Assembly: GCF_030144855.1 (NCBI RefSeq)
Contig: NC_082717.1
Span: 4,464,001 to 4,528,000, forward strand
Direction: 5' to 3'
Origin: Hypanus sabinus
Taxonomy: Eukaryota
DNA length: 64,000 nucleotides
In this document: piece by piece, positions 12,805 to 26,366 of the stretch
Layout of the letters: each line of letters starts with the position of its first letter
How positions within the stretch are numbered: the stretch's first letter is position 1
The notes under the pieces: generated by a model
What the model was told of the DNA's origin: nothing
Seen by the model: the letters and a program-made list of their open reading frames with translations, nothing else
Database searches by the model: none
Program-made: the position numbers and the translations under genes

Positions 12805-13475
12805 TAGAAACATAGAAAACCTACAGCACAATACAGGCTCTTCGGCCCACAAAGCTCCAACGAACATGTACTTATTTAAAAATTACCTGGGGTTACCCAA
12901 AGCCCTCTATTTTTCTATGCTCCATGTACCTGTACAGAAGTCTATTAAAAGACCCTATCATATCTGCCTCCATCACCGTCACTGGCAGCCCATTCCATGC
13001 ACTCAACACACTCTGCATAAAATACTGCTCCTGAAATCTCCTCTGTACCTTCTTCCAAGCACCATAAAACTGTGCCCTCTCCTGCTAGCCATTTCAGCCC
13101 TGGGAAAAAGTTTCTGACTGTCCACACGATCAATGGCTGTCATCATCTTATACACCTCTATCAGGTCACCTCTCATCTTCCGTCACTTCAAGGAGAAAAG
13201 GCCGAATTCACTCAACCTATTCTCATAAGGCCTGCTCCCCAATCCAGGCAACATCCTTGTAAATCTCCTCTGCACCCTTTCTATAGTTTCCACATCCTTC
13301 CTGTAGTGAGGTGACCAGAACTGAGCACTGTATTCCAAGTGGGGTTTAATCAGGATCCTATATAGCTGTAAAATTACCTTTCAGCTCGCTACTCAATCCC
13401 ACGATTGATGACGATCAATGCACCGTATGCATTCTTAGCCACAGAGTCAACCTGCACAGCAGCCTTGCGTGTCTT
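12805..13475 (-). mobile_element. CR1 LINE 3' part, interrupted by L1 (continues at 18950-19500)
   Basis: RT C-terminal ORFs and 3' tail. The sequence resumes collinearly after the L1. Confidence 0.8.
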
Positions 13476-16400
13476 TTTTATGTAATTTATTTTTTATTGA
13501 AGTTCATCATCAAACAAACTTTTTCATAAGATGTATTTCAGATATTGCACATGTATATATATTATAGTCATATTTGCCACAAATCTCCACGTAATATTTC
13601 TCTGAGGTATACATTTATAGAAAAGAGAGGAAAGAAAGACCAAGCAAAAGGACAAAACTATGTACAGGTAGGGAGTGATCCTTTTTTGCAACGTAATTAT
13701 TGATTTGTAAAAATAACATCAGGACTCTGAGGTGTTATATAGTTAAACCATTTTTCCCAGTATGAATCAGCTTGTTCCTACTTATGATTAACAGATGCTG
13801 TTTCCTTCTCCATTTTGTAAATGTCCATTGTAAGTTCCATCCATGCATTTAAATTTGGGCTCTCCTGTGGTAACCATCTCCTGGTAAGAGTCTTTTTACC
13901 AGCTACCAGCAGTATATTCATTAAATATTTATCTCTTTTCAACCATTCTTGAGGTATATACCCAAAATATATGGTCTTACTTTCTAAGGGTATTTCACAT
14001 TTAAAGGTGTCTTGTAGGGCATTGTGTAGTTTGCATTTTGATTTCCACAATTTCTTCAGCAAACAGGAAGGTTACTATCATAATGGGATTACTGAGAGGG
14101 TGTAATGAAATATCTTATCAAGTTTTTCTATCCAAACTCCCTCCATTTCTGTGAACTGGTACACTTCCATTGATACCTCCATATTATTGTCCATTCTTAC
14201 TCAGATATAATTATCCCTCCTTCCTTCTTCCATTTTGTTTTAATGTATGAAGTCGAATATGTTTTAAAATTTGACAAATCCTTATACATGCTTGAAATGA
14301 TTCTACTACTGTTATCTGAATTATATGTTTTTCTAAATAGCTCTATCAAACATGTACTTGCCTTGGTTACATTTTTAACCATCCTATTAACATACTGTTG
14401 CATCTGTAAATACCAACAAAAGTCTTGTTTTTCTAATAAGTGTTTCTCTTTAAGCATTTCAAAACTGAGCAGTGTTCCTTCTTTCATTATGTTGCAAAGA
14501 AATGTAATTCCTTTAGCTGTCCAGTCCTTAAATCTAGCATTCAGTTTATTCAGTGTAAAATCTGAGTCATATGCACACCATTTAAGAATTGCAATATCTC
14601 CCTCTAGTTCATATTCTTTTAAAATAGTATTCCATATTTTAAGAGTCCATTTCACCCATGGGTTATCATCAGTATTTATGTACCTTTGTAGGTTGTTATC
14701 AGCCAAAATTGCCTGTATGGGAATAGGAAGTAACCCTTCCTCAATGTTTTTCCATTGAGCGTCATATGATGGGTTGCACCAACATATTACAGCTCTCAAC
14801 TGTGCTGTAAAATAATAATCTCTGAGAGAAAGTAGGCCACATTCCCCTCTTTTTCTTGGATAATTGCAAAGTTTTGATATGAACTCTAGTCCTTTTACCT
14901 TGCCATATATATCTTGATAACGTTTTGTTCCATTCTTTGAATTGATTTTGATTCGTCCCTATTGGTAAGGTGTGAAAGAGATATAATAGTGTGGGCAGTA
15001 TATTCATTTTAATAGATTCAATCCTTGAACTGAGACTAAAGAAAGGAATTAGGTTGATAACTATAGGTTGATATTTGCATTCTGATAATTTTGCCAAATC
15101 TTTTGGCATAATGATGCCCAAATATTTGAAAGTTTCTGTTTGCCATGCCCAGGTATATCTACTTTCAATTTCTCTTGGTGGGCTATAGTTATATGAAAGT
15201 TATTGGGTTTAAGCTATGTTGATCTTGTAGCCTGATAATTGATCATATTGTTAAAAGGATTGCATCAATTTAGGTAAAGAGTATGTTAGTTGTCCTAGAT
15301 AGATCAAAATGTCATCCGCATAACAGGCCAATTTATGCTCTGTCCCTTTAATAGTAATTCCCTTGATATCTTTATTTTGTTTGATGTATTGAGCTAATGG
15401 TTCTAGATATAATGTGAAGAGTAGCGGTGACCATGCACAACCCTGTCTCGTGTCCCTTTCTAGGGTAAGACTATTTGATAAATATCCATTGATTTTAATC
15501 CTAGCAGTAGGATTGTCATATAGTGTCTGTATAGTTTTAATAATTATGTCTTGAAAACCAAATCTATGTAAAACTCGGTAAAGAAAATTCCAATTAACCG
15601 AATCAAATGCTTTTTCAGCATCCACGCTTATCACTATTGCTTCGATTTTATTTTTTTGTATATGATCAATAATGTGAAGTGTCCTTCATTGTCTTGTGTC
15701 TGGCGTTGTTGTATAAAATGTGTCTGATCGTTACGTATCAGTATGGGTAGAAACTCTAATCGTTTGGACATGATGGAGGTAAATAATCTATAATCTACAT
15801 TAAGAACAGATATTAGTCTAAATGACCTGGATTTCATTTTATTCTTGCCTTCTTTCGGTATAGCTAAGATTACGCTTCCTTCCAGCTGGTTGGCATTTGT
15901 GTCTTTTTTAGAGCCCAGTTCAGTGTGGGGAGTAAAACAGGAATTAACTCATTTTTAAATTCTTTGTATCACTCTGCTGTATACCCATCTGATCCTGGTG
16001 ACTTGCTTAATTTAAGCCTACTAATTGCAACTTTTAGTTTAACTTCATTTATGTCAGCAGCCATCATTCTATTTTGTTCTTCGCTTAAAGTGAGTAACTA
16101 GAGAATTCAGGAAGGTGTCAGTTTGGGTTATGCTTCCCCCTGGAACTTTGGATTATAGCGTTTTGTAAAACATTTCAAAAGCTTCTTGAATTTCACTTAG
16201 CTTATTTTTTTTATCATTTTTGTTCTTAGATCCCTAATTCTATGAATCGTATGTTCGGCTATCTTTTTTTCAGTTTCCACGCCAGTATTTTCATAGACTT
16301 AGATCCACTTTCATAATGTCTCTGTTTCAGATATATTAAATTTTTCCTGATTTCTTGCATAGCCAAACTATTAATTTCAATCCTAATTTTTTTAAATTTC

Positions 16401-18949
16401 CACTAATGCATCCTGTGCCAAATTCAATTTGTATTTTTTCTAGTTCTTTCAGCCTATTTTGTAATTCCTATAATGTTTTATTCCTTATTTTTTCTTATAT
16501 GAAGATATTGCCATAACTTTCCCTCTTAAGACAGCCTTCAAAGTATCCCATAGATTGGGAGGTGGAACCTCTCTATTTAATTGAATTCTAAGTAAAGACC
16601 AATTTCTTTTTTAATTTGTTCTTTAAAGTAGGGATCATTGAGTAGACTTGAATTTAGTTTCCAAATAGTATTCTTTGGTTATAGGTCAAAATCAACAGAT
16701 AAATATATAGTTGCATGGTCACTTACATCTATTGTCCAATTCTACATGTGTTTATTTTGTCTTTGTCTTCTCCAAATGTTATGGAATAATCTATTCTTGT
16801 ATATACAGAATGGTGGGGGGGGGGGGGCAGAATAACGAGTGTAATCCCTTTTTCCCTTCAGGGAAAAGGTCCCTCCATATATCAATTAGACCAACATCCT
16901 CAAAAAGTGTATCAACTTTCTTATGTAAGGAATTTGTTTCATAGATTTTTCTATTGGAAGAGTCCAGCTTTGATTGTAATTGTAAATTGAAGTCTTCCCA
17001 ACATTTTGAAAGACCTTCTGTTTCTGTTATCATAATATTAGTAGTTTTCTGAAGGAAACTAATATCACTTCCTGGGGATGCGTATATATTCAATAAAGTA
17101 ACTGAATTTCCATCAATATTCCCCCTTACCAGAATATATCTGCCCTCATCTCCCATTTTGAATACTTTTTTCAAAACTTAGCTTGCTTGAGAAAAGAATA
17201 GCAACTTCTCTCCTATGTCCTGATTTATATGAGAAAAACAAATTAATGAAGCCTATTCTCCTTAGTTTTCCATGCTTATTATCAATTAAGTGAATTTCCT
17301 GTAAATACACTACATGGGCTTGTTTTTTTTTCATTTTGGATAGAATTTTACTACATTTGATTGGATTTACCAGCCCATTAACATTGAAAGAAATGAATTT
17401 TACCTTGTCCTTAGCCATGTGTATTTAACTGTCAACATATCTTTGAAATTAGCAGAATAAAACCTAATTGATCTACTCCCTGAACAAATAAGAACCAACA
17501 AATGCGAATAATAAAAAAAAAGGTAAAGGGTGTGATTCCAAGGCTGAGGTCTCTAGTAGATGACCCTGGGTTGAGCGAGAGGAAACATGTAGCTGTGGGG
17601 GATAGCCCCTCTTACCTGTGAGTTGAGGACCCCCATTGCAGTACCCATAAAAGTAAGTGAACAAATCTATATCCATTACACAGAAAAGATTTCACTGTGT
17701 ATTCCTCCCATATATATATTCTCATTTAGGTGGGGAAAAAGGAGTGAATGAAAGAATAAAAAATTCAGTAATATAAAATACACATTATAATAAGTATTTC
17801 TTGAGATAGGTGTAACTGTCTATTTTTGCTTCTGTTTAGCCTATCAACACTTTTAAAGTTAACCAAACCTTTTGGCTCTTCTGGAGGGGGTGAGAGCTGT
17901 CTTCAGAAAACTCACAGTCTCCTTCTGATATTCTTCTCTCACCCACCTCCTGTCCCTTGCTTTCTCAGTTCTCTCACTATTTTCCAAGCAGAGCAGGATA
18001 TCTGCTCAGCCAGGCTTTCTCTTGGTTTGACCATGCTAACGGGCAACCCTCTGGCCTTCATGTCTGTAGTCGCCTCTTTCACTGTCTGATATAGTGGCAT
18101 CCCATCTTCATAAAACACTTGCAGTTTAGCAGGGTATGGAGTTTGGAATCTAATCTTCCCTTGCTTTAATATTCGCTTTACTTCAGAGTATTTCTTATGT
18201 TTCTGCAGGACCGCCGGGGGTAACCTACTAATTTCCCATTCAAAAACACTCTCTTCTTTCCCCGGGCCCTTCGTAGAATCTCAGCCTTGGTATTATATCG
18301 AAGGAATCTATTGAGCGTGGCTTATCTTCTCTGTCTCCAGTAGGCCTCAGGATGAGCTCTCTCAGTTTCAAGCTCCATAGTCGAGGGAATCTCCAGCGCA
18401 TCCCACAGCAACTTTCGTACAAACTCCATTATACACAAACCCTCTGCTCCTTTGGGAGCATTGTATATCCTGATATTTTTCCAACATGATCTTCCCTCCT
18501 TGTCAAGCAGTTTATGTTCTTGTTGATTTAATATTTTTATCGTCTTACTTAGTATCCGTTCCATGTTTTGCACAAGATCTTCCACCTTCTCAATTCGTGT
18601 CAGTATTTTTTGATTAACATTGGTGAGCTCTGATTTGAAATCATTTAGTTGCTTTTCTATATCTGTTTGGAATCCCCGTATCTCTTTCAGAATTTTTATC
18701 ATATTTGCCACTTCACCTGAACGAGGCCCATTGTCAGCCTTGCTACCACATGTTTGGTGCACCCCTCTCACCCATAGGCTCCACAGTGATGCATTTTTTA
18801 TCTCCATTCTGTTCCCCGTGTTTGCCCCCTTATCAATTCATACATTTGTGAAAGATCTTATATTTGATGGATTAGCGGGGCAAAATATACTTTTTTCCGA
18901 AGGAGTTATTGATTTAAGCAGCCATTCTGGATGATGGTGTCACCGGACC
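13476..18949 (-). mobile_element. Full-length (about 5.47 kb) L1/Tx1-clade LINE, inactivated, with a 16-bp TSD
   Basis: ORF1 fragment 18322..18807. APE fragment 17146..17418 (SFNVNGL, YLQEIHL). RT fragment 15251..15634 (DAEKAFD, RQGC..SPLLF, YADD). C-terminal fragments 13778..15121. A-rich tail next to 13476. TSD CAGCCTTG[C/A]GTGTCTT at 13460-13475 and 18950-18965. Confidence 0.9.
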
Positions 18950-19500
18950 CAGCCTTGAGTGTCTTATGGACTTGGACCCTAAGATCCCTCCGATCTTCCA
19001 CACTGCCAGGAGTCTTACCATTAATACTATGTTCTGTCATCATATTTGACCTACCAAAATGAACCACTTCACACTTATTTGGGTTGAATTCCATCTGCCA
19101 CTTCTCAGCCCAATTTTCCATCCTATCAATGTCCCACTCTAACCTCGTACAGCCCTCCACACTACCCACAACACCCCAAATCTTTGTGTCATCAGCAAAC
19201 TTACTAACCCATCCCTCCACTTCTTCATCCAGGTCACTTTGAGACTGGGGGTCCCAGAACAGATCCCTGAGGCACACCACTGGTCACCGACCTCCATGTA
19301 GAATACAACACATCTACAGCCACTCTTTGCCTTCTGTGGGCAAGCCAGTTCTGGATGCATAAAGCAATATCCCCTTGTATCCCATGCATCCTTACTTTCT
19401 CAATAAGCTTTGCAAGAGGTACCTTATTAAATGGCTTGCTGAAATCCATATACACTACATCTACTGCTCTTTCTTCATCAATGTGTTTAGTCACATCCTC
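18950..19500 (-). mobile_element. CR1 LINE RT part (upstream half of the L1-interrupted copy)
   Basis: ORFs 18906..19280 (FADD) and 19234..19494 (MDFSKPFNKV...PQGSVLGP). Confidence 0.8.
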
Positions 19501-19744
19501 ATGTAAACATCTTTGTCAGCAGGGACATGTTGGGCAGAACGGCCCATTTCTTTGTTGTATAGGTCCATGATCTGTGACCACCCCAGCTGATTTGTTCTTC
19601 AGGCCTGTCTCCAACCCATGGTTCAGCCCATGCCAATTGGTTACAACTGTGACCAGTCCCCTTCTGTCCCGGACGAGATTGATACTGACGTGGTATCTCC
19701 TGGGTCCGGCTCCTTTCTGACCTTCAGTTGTTTGCTATCAACAG

Positions 19745-20107
19745 GTGTAAATGCAGGGACAGTCCTGATCCAATCACCAAGAGTTGTGAAGGTGCATGAA
19801 GGTGGAACGGTCCTGATACAGTGTGTCCTGGAGAGTGACCATGTGGATTACACGGTGGACAAATTCCATGTAAACTGGTACAACTCACACAATGAACTGA
19901 CACTTGATGCAGTTGTACTTATTCTTTTCAATACTGGCAAAGTTCACAGGTCAGAGGGCTTCTCCGATCGATTTCAGCTTTCCAGGAATGTCACCACTAG
20001 CAGCTACTCACTGACCATCAGCAACGTGAGGATCACCGACTCTAAACTTTACATCTGTGGCATTTGGGGCTCGGTCTTTGGAAATGGAACCAAGCTGAAT
20101 GTGACCA
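19745..20107 (+). CDS. Receptor exon 2: germline-joined V-J Ig domain 1
   Basis: Acceptor ctatcaacag|GT and donor ACCA|gtgagt; phase 1-1; 363 nt. It has the B-strand Cys (LIQC), WY, DSKLYIC and the J motif FGNGTKLNVT, with no RSS or intron between V and J. Confidence 0.95.
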
Positions 20108-21589
20108 GTGAGTACTTCATGTTGGTTCTGTTTTCCAGTCACGTCCCTGTATCAATGAGTAACGATGATACTGTATGTTCAGTTTCACAGAAACAGGCAT
20201 AATTACAAGTTTATAAAGAGTGGAACAAACTTAACGTGGATAAAGATTCACTGCCTGCTGAGCTGAGGGGTACGTAGGGATGGAGAATAAATATCAGCAT
20301 GGACGGTGACATCAAAGTCCCATGAATGGAGAAATGTAAAGAAATTACAGAATATTCAGGAACAGCCCAATAATCCACCATCTTCCCTTGGTTCCCCATC
20401 TGGTTCATGAGGTGATGTTTGACACCTTCCCCGTCCACTCACCCAGATCTCTGGCTCCTGAACTCCCTTTCAGTTTCCCCCACACCCTGACAATCTGACC
20501 AGATTAATAACATTGAAACATTGTTTATGTTTACTTAAACACCTTTCTTTGAAATGTGATTCAAAAGCAAGTTTGAGCATGAAAAGAGTAAAATGAGAGA
20601 GGTATGGAGGGCAGGTAGATGGGACGAGGCAGGAAACCAGAGCTAGATGGACCATAGGGCCTGTTCCTGTGCTGTAGTGGTTTGTGACTCTGGAAGATTG
20701 ATTTCAACATTTCAGAGAAATTTAGATAGATACGTGGATGGGAGGGCTATGGTCTAGATGCAGGTTGATGGGACTAGGCAGATTAATAGTAGGACACAGA
20801 CTAGATGAGCCAAATGGCCTGTTTTGTGCTGAAGTATTCCATGACTCTATAACTCAGCACCATCTGTGTCATTTTTAAACTTTATCCGTCTCACTCTAAA
20901 CCTATCCGCCTTAGTATTAGGCTCCCTCACCCTGGGGAAAGGCTTCTCAAAATTGTAAACACTTCTGTCAGGTCACCCTCTCTTTTCCAACATTTTCAAG
21001 CAATAAAGACCTAGTCTGTCACCCGCTCCCCATAAATGACTCTCAGCTTTGTATTTGGTGTCACATATATACTTAGATAATAAAACTACTTTGATAACTC
21101 AGACCCTTGAGTCCTGGCAACATCCTGGAAAATATGTTATGTACTCTCTCCGGTTTAACCCTATAACTGAGTGACCAGAATGACACTCTTCTCCACGTGC
21201 AGCCTCACCAACAACTTCTACAACTGCAACATAATGTCTCAACTTGTACTCTCAAATTTCAAAATAAATTTATTATCAAAGTATACATATGTCACCATAC
21301 ACTACTCTGACATTCATTTTCGTGCAGACATTCACAGAAGAACAAAGAAATACAATAGAATCAATGAAAAACTATACACAAGCAGAAACAAAAAAACACA
21401 TAATACTAAAGAAATAAATCCCTAATTCATAATAGTAGAGAAATAAACCCCTTAAACCCCCTTAGAATTGTTGGGGGGGTGGCAACCGAACTGAGGAGAC
21501 TGAGGAAGAGGCGGTTGGCTCACAAACAGAGAAAGCTTGGAGACTGTGCGTGAGGGATGATAGGCAGGTGATAGATAAAGGATGTGCTC

Positions 21590-24417
21590 AGACCGACGGT
21601 TTGAGAGGTGTCTATTTTAATGCAAGGAGTATTGTGAACAAAGCAGATCAGTACTTGCAGTTATGATGTGGTTGCCATTATAGAGAATTTGATGGCTCAG
21701 GGACAGGAATGATTACTTCAAGTGCCGGGTTTTAGATGTTTCAGAAAGGACAGGGAGGAAGTCAAAAGAGGTGAGGGCGTGGCACCGTTGATCAGAGATA
21801 GTGTCACGGCTGCGGAAAAGGTGGACGTCATGGAGGGATTGTCTACAGAGTCTCTGTGGGTGGAGGTTAGGAACAGGAAGGGGTTAATAACTTTACTGGG
21901 TGTTCTTGACAGGCCGCCCAATAGTAACAGGGATATCGAGGAGCAGATAGGGAAACAGATCCTGGAAAGGTGTAACAATAAAAGAGTTGTCATGATGGGA
22001 GATTTTAATTACCCAAATATTGATTGGCATCTCCTGAGATCAAGGGGTTTTGTTGGGGTGGAGTTTGTTAGATGTGTTAAGGAACATTTCTTGACACAGT
22101 ATGTAGATAAGCCTACAAGAGGAGAAGCTGTACTTGATCTGGTATTGGGAAACAAACCTGGTCAGGTGTCAGATCTCTCAGTCGGAGAGCATTTTGGAGA
22201 ATGTGATCATAATTCTATCTCCTTTACAATAGCAATGGAGAGAGATAGGAACAGACAAGTTAGAAAAGTGTTTAATTGGAGTAAGGGGAATTAAGAGGCT
22301 ATCAAGCAAGAAATTGGAAGCTTAAATTGGAAACAGATGTTCTCAGGGAAAAGTATGGAAGAAAGGTGGCAAATGTTCAGGGGGTATTTTTGTGGAGTTC
22401 TGCATAGGTACATTCCAATCAGACAGGGAAGTTATGGCAGGGTACAGGACCCGTAGTGTACAAAGGCTGTAGTAAGTCTAGTCAAGAAGAAAAGCAAAGC
22501 TTATGAAAGGTTCAGAGAGCTAGGTAATGTTAGAGATCTAGAGATTATAAGGCTAGCAGGAAGGAGATTAAGAAGGAAATTAGGAGAGCCAGAAGGGGCT
22601 GTGAGAAGACCTTGGTGGACAAGATTAAGGAAAACCCCATGGCATTCTACAAGTATATGAAGAGCAAGAGGATAAGATGTGAAAGAATAGGACCTATCAA
22701 GTGTGACAGTGGGAAAGTGTGTATGGAACCGGAGGAAATAACAGAGGTACTTAATGAATACTTTACTTCAGTATTCACTATGGAAAAGGATCTTGGTGAT
22801 TGTAGTGATGACTTGCAGCAAGCTGAAAAACACAAACATGTAAATATTAAGAAAGGGTATGTGCTGGAAAGCATCAAGTTGGATAAGTCGTCGGGACCAG
22901 ATAAGATGTACCCCAGGCTACTGTGGGATGTGAAGGAGGTGAGGATTGCTGACCCTCTGGCAATGATCTTGCATCATCAATGGGGATGGGAGAGGTTCTG
23001 GATGATTGGAAAATTGTAGATATTTTTCCCTTATTCAAGAAAGGGAGTAGAGATAGCCCAGGAAATTACAGACCAGAGAGTCTTACTTCAGTGGTCGGTA
23101 AGTTGATGGAGAAGATCCTGAGAGGCAGGATATATGAACATTTGGAGAGGTATAATATGGTTAGGAATAGTCAGCATGGCTTTGTCAAGGGCAGCTCCTG
23201 CCTCACGAACCTGATTGAATTTTTTGAGGATGCAACTAAACACATTGATGAAGGAAGAACAGTAGATGCAGTGTATATGGATTTCAGCAAGGCATTTGAC
23301 AAGGTACTCCATGCAAGGCTTATTGAAAAAGCAAGGAGGCATGGGATCCAAGGGGACATTACTTTGTGGATCTAGAACTGGCTTTCTCACAGAACACAGA
23401 GAGTGGTTGCAGATGGTTCATATTCTGCATGGAGGTTGGTGACTCAGGGATCTGTTCTGGGACCCTTACTCTTCGTGATTTTTATAAATGACCTGGATGA
23501 GGAAGTGGAGGGATGATTTAGTAAGTTTGCTGATGACACAAAGGTTGGAGGTGTTGTGGATAGTGTGGAGGGCTGTCAGAGGTTACAACGGGACATTGAT
23601 AAGATGCAAAACTGGGCTGAGAAGTGGCAGTTGGAGTTCAACCCAGATAATTGTGAAGTGGTTCCTTTTGGTAGGTCAAACATGATGGCAGAATATAGTA
23701 TTAAAGGTAAAACTCTTGGAAGTGTGGAGGAGCAGAGGGATCTTGGGGTTCAAGTCCATAGGACACTCAAAGCAGCTGTGCAGGTTGGCTCTGTGGTTAA
23801 GAAGGCATATGGTGTATTGGCCTTCACAATCATGGAACTGATTTTAGGAGCTGAAAGGTAATGTTGGAGCTATATAGGACCTTGGTCAGACCACACTTGG
23901 AGTACTGTGCTCAGGTCTGGTCGCCTCACAACAGGGAGGATGTGGAAGCCATAGAAAGTGTGCAGAAGAGATATACAGGGATGTTGCCTTGATTGGGGAG
24001 CATGCCTTATGAAAACAGGTTGAGTGAACTCGGCCTTTTCTCCTTGGAGCAATGGAGGATGAGAGGTGACTTGACAGAGGTGTACAAGATGATGAGAGGC
24101 ATTGATTGTGTGGATATTCAGAGGCTTTTTTCCAGGGCTGAAATGGTTGCTACAAGAGGACACAGGTTTAAGGTGCTGGGGAGTAGGTACAGAGGAGATT
24201 CAGGAGTAAGTTTTTTATGCAGAAGAGTGGTGAGTGCATGGAATGGGCTGTTGCAATGGTGGTGGAGGCAGATATGATAGGGTCTTTTAAGAGACTTTTG
24301 GATAGGTACATGGAGCTTAGAAAAATAGAGGGCTATGGGTAAGCCTAGTAATTCCTAAGGTAGGGACATGTTCGGCTCGACTTTGTGGGCTGAAGGGTCT
24401 CTATTGCACTGTAGGTT
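21590..24417 (+). mobile_element. Near-complete CR1 ORF2 (endonuclease + RT), frameshifted
   Basis: ORFs 21722..22294 (EN: YRPP-like, MGDFN), 22612..23375 (RT), 23556..23861 and 23993..24277. The 3' tail ends at about 24417-24437. Confidence 0.9.
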
Positions 24418-24442
24418 TTCGATGTTTCTGTGTTTCTAAATG

Positions 24443-25234
24443 TAGTCGATTCCTGTTAATCAGACTATTAGAACAGCCACTTAACTGGGACACCTTTAAT
24501 GAATAAAATCTAATCGACAAAATAACCTAGATTCCCTTCCTTTATTTGGGATAGTATGCCGCTTACTTATGACTGTTGCTGAATTTTTTTAACTGACATC
24601 AGTGATTGTATAACTGTTAGATAGCACATTGTGTTTTGAAAGATTATTTCTTAAATAGCATCAGTTGTGCGTATGCTTTTGTCAAGCAGTTATTTTTATC
24701 ACTGATATTTGGTGAGAACTAAACTGTAAGAAAAATCAATCGTTTTGCTCACAGCAGTTTCAAGCATTCAGGTTTAGAGGTTTCAGGAACGGCCAGGAGT
24801 GAAGATTAAACAATTTCACAACTTCAACAAGTTATGACCTATGAAAAATTTGAAGGAATCAACAATCATCTTGAATATTACAGTGAGTATGAAGATTTGG
24901 AGGATCATTGAAACCATTGTGTGAAGGCAGTCCATTATCTACACTAGGTGTCTGTGCTGATTAAATTCATTTACAGTCAATCAAAAGAACAGTGTACACT
25001 GGATGAATTCCTACATCACTAACTGTTAGGAAATAATGCACAGGTTTAGAATACTGTAATAGTATCGATAGTGTTATAACTCGTTCCGCATTTTGTTTAG
25101 ATGCTTATTTTTTACTTAGTTAAAAAGTGGATTGTCATCTTTGTACCTTTTTAACCATTTCCTTGAAACTTCAGCTAACTGGGGCAGCCAAAATATACTG
25201 ATCCTGATGCGTCTCAATTAACCAGAATTTACTG
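24443..25234. mobile_element. Degenerate Tc1/mariner (Tigger-like) non-autonomous element
   Basis: Imperfect terminal inverted repeats: left tagtcgattcctgttaat, right reverse complement cagtaaattctggttaat (13/18 identical). TA follows the right end. Confidence 0.5.
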
Positions 25235-25244
25235 TAAATAAGAA

Positions 25245-25870
25245 ATATTGTGAGTATGAGTTGTGGAGTCCTTGAAAGTGAGTTCATAGTTGTAGAATCA
25301 GTTCAGAGTTGAGGTGAGTGAAGTTATCTACACTAGTTCAGGGGTAATAACTAACCCTGAACCTGATGGTGTGTGTAGCAAGGCTCCTGAACCTTCTTCC
25401 CGATGCCAACAGTAAGCAGAGAGCATGGACTTGATAGTGGAGGTCCTTAATGACAATGCTGCTTTCTTGTGGCAGTGTTCCTTGTAGATGTGCTCAAAGT
25501 TGGGGAAGGTTTCCCCCATGATGGACTGGGCAATATCCAGTACTTCTTGTGGGGTTTCCATTCTTGGATATTGTTCTTTCAATACCAGTTTAAGACACAA
25601 CCAATCAGGATACTCTCTACTATCTATAGAAGTTTGTCAGGTCCAGATGACATGCTGAATCTGCACAAGCTCCTGAGAAATAGATGTGCTGCTGTGCTTT
25701 CTATGCAAAATGCACGTACTTACATGCTGGACCGAGGACAGATCCCATGAAATGTTAACGCCAAGGAATTTAACGTTTCTGACACTCTCCACCTCTGAGT
25801 CCCTAATGAGTATTGACTCATGGACCTCCAGTCTGGTCTCTCTGTTGTCAAGTATCAGCCAACAGCAGTG
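25245..25870 (-). mobile_element. Rex1/Babar-like LINE 3' fragment
   Basis: ORF 25328..25600 (EVLDIAQSIMGETFPNFEHIYKEHCHKKAA) is homologous to the 57.4-58.2k copy. Confidence 0.6.
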
Positions 25871-26021
25871 ATATCATCAGCAAACTTTATCAATGCATGG
25901 TGAAAAGTATATTATCCACCTCAACGTCTTAGTTACACCGTTTGAGATCAGGACCCCACACAGCAACTCCGTCCAGCAACCCCTCAAGCTGGGGTTGAAC
26001 TGACGATATTCTCCCTTACAG

Positions 26022-26366
26022 GTGCAGATGTTCCTGTCCTTATCCAGTCCCCGAGCATACAGCGTGTCACTGAGGGTCACATGGCGTGGTTATGGTGTAC
26101 CATGAGCAAAGCCAGACTGGAAGACACCGACGTCCACTGGTATCGGAAACTACCTGGGCAGGACATGGAGTGGGTTCTAACACATAGGTCAGGAGGCAGC
26201 CCAGAGTGGGGACGAGGTTTCACTGGGAGGTTCCTGCCCTACAGAGACACGTCCAACAGCAGCTTCACCCTGACAGTCACAGACATGGTGCACAGCGATT
26301 CTGCCGTCTATTACTGCAGAGTGTGGGGAGACATCGATGGGAACGGCACCCAGCTCATTGTAACCA
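26022..26366 (+). CDS. Receptor exon 3: germline-joined V-J Ig domain 2
   Basis: Acceptor ctcccttacag|GT and donor ACCA|gtgagt; phase 1-1; 345 nt. ADVPVLIQSP...WLWC...VHWYRKLPGQDMEWV...GFTGRF...DSAVYYCRVWGDIDGNGTQLIVT. Confidence 0.95.

Noticed and set aside
19618-19744. N-terminal part of ORF 19618..20202 as the V1 leader
   Set aside because: It is not hydrophobic and runs through a polypyrimidine tract and acceptor (acag|GT at 19745), so it is intron read-through. The C-terminal extensions of both V ORFs past gtgagt are also intronic.
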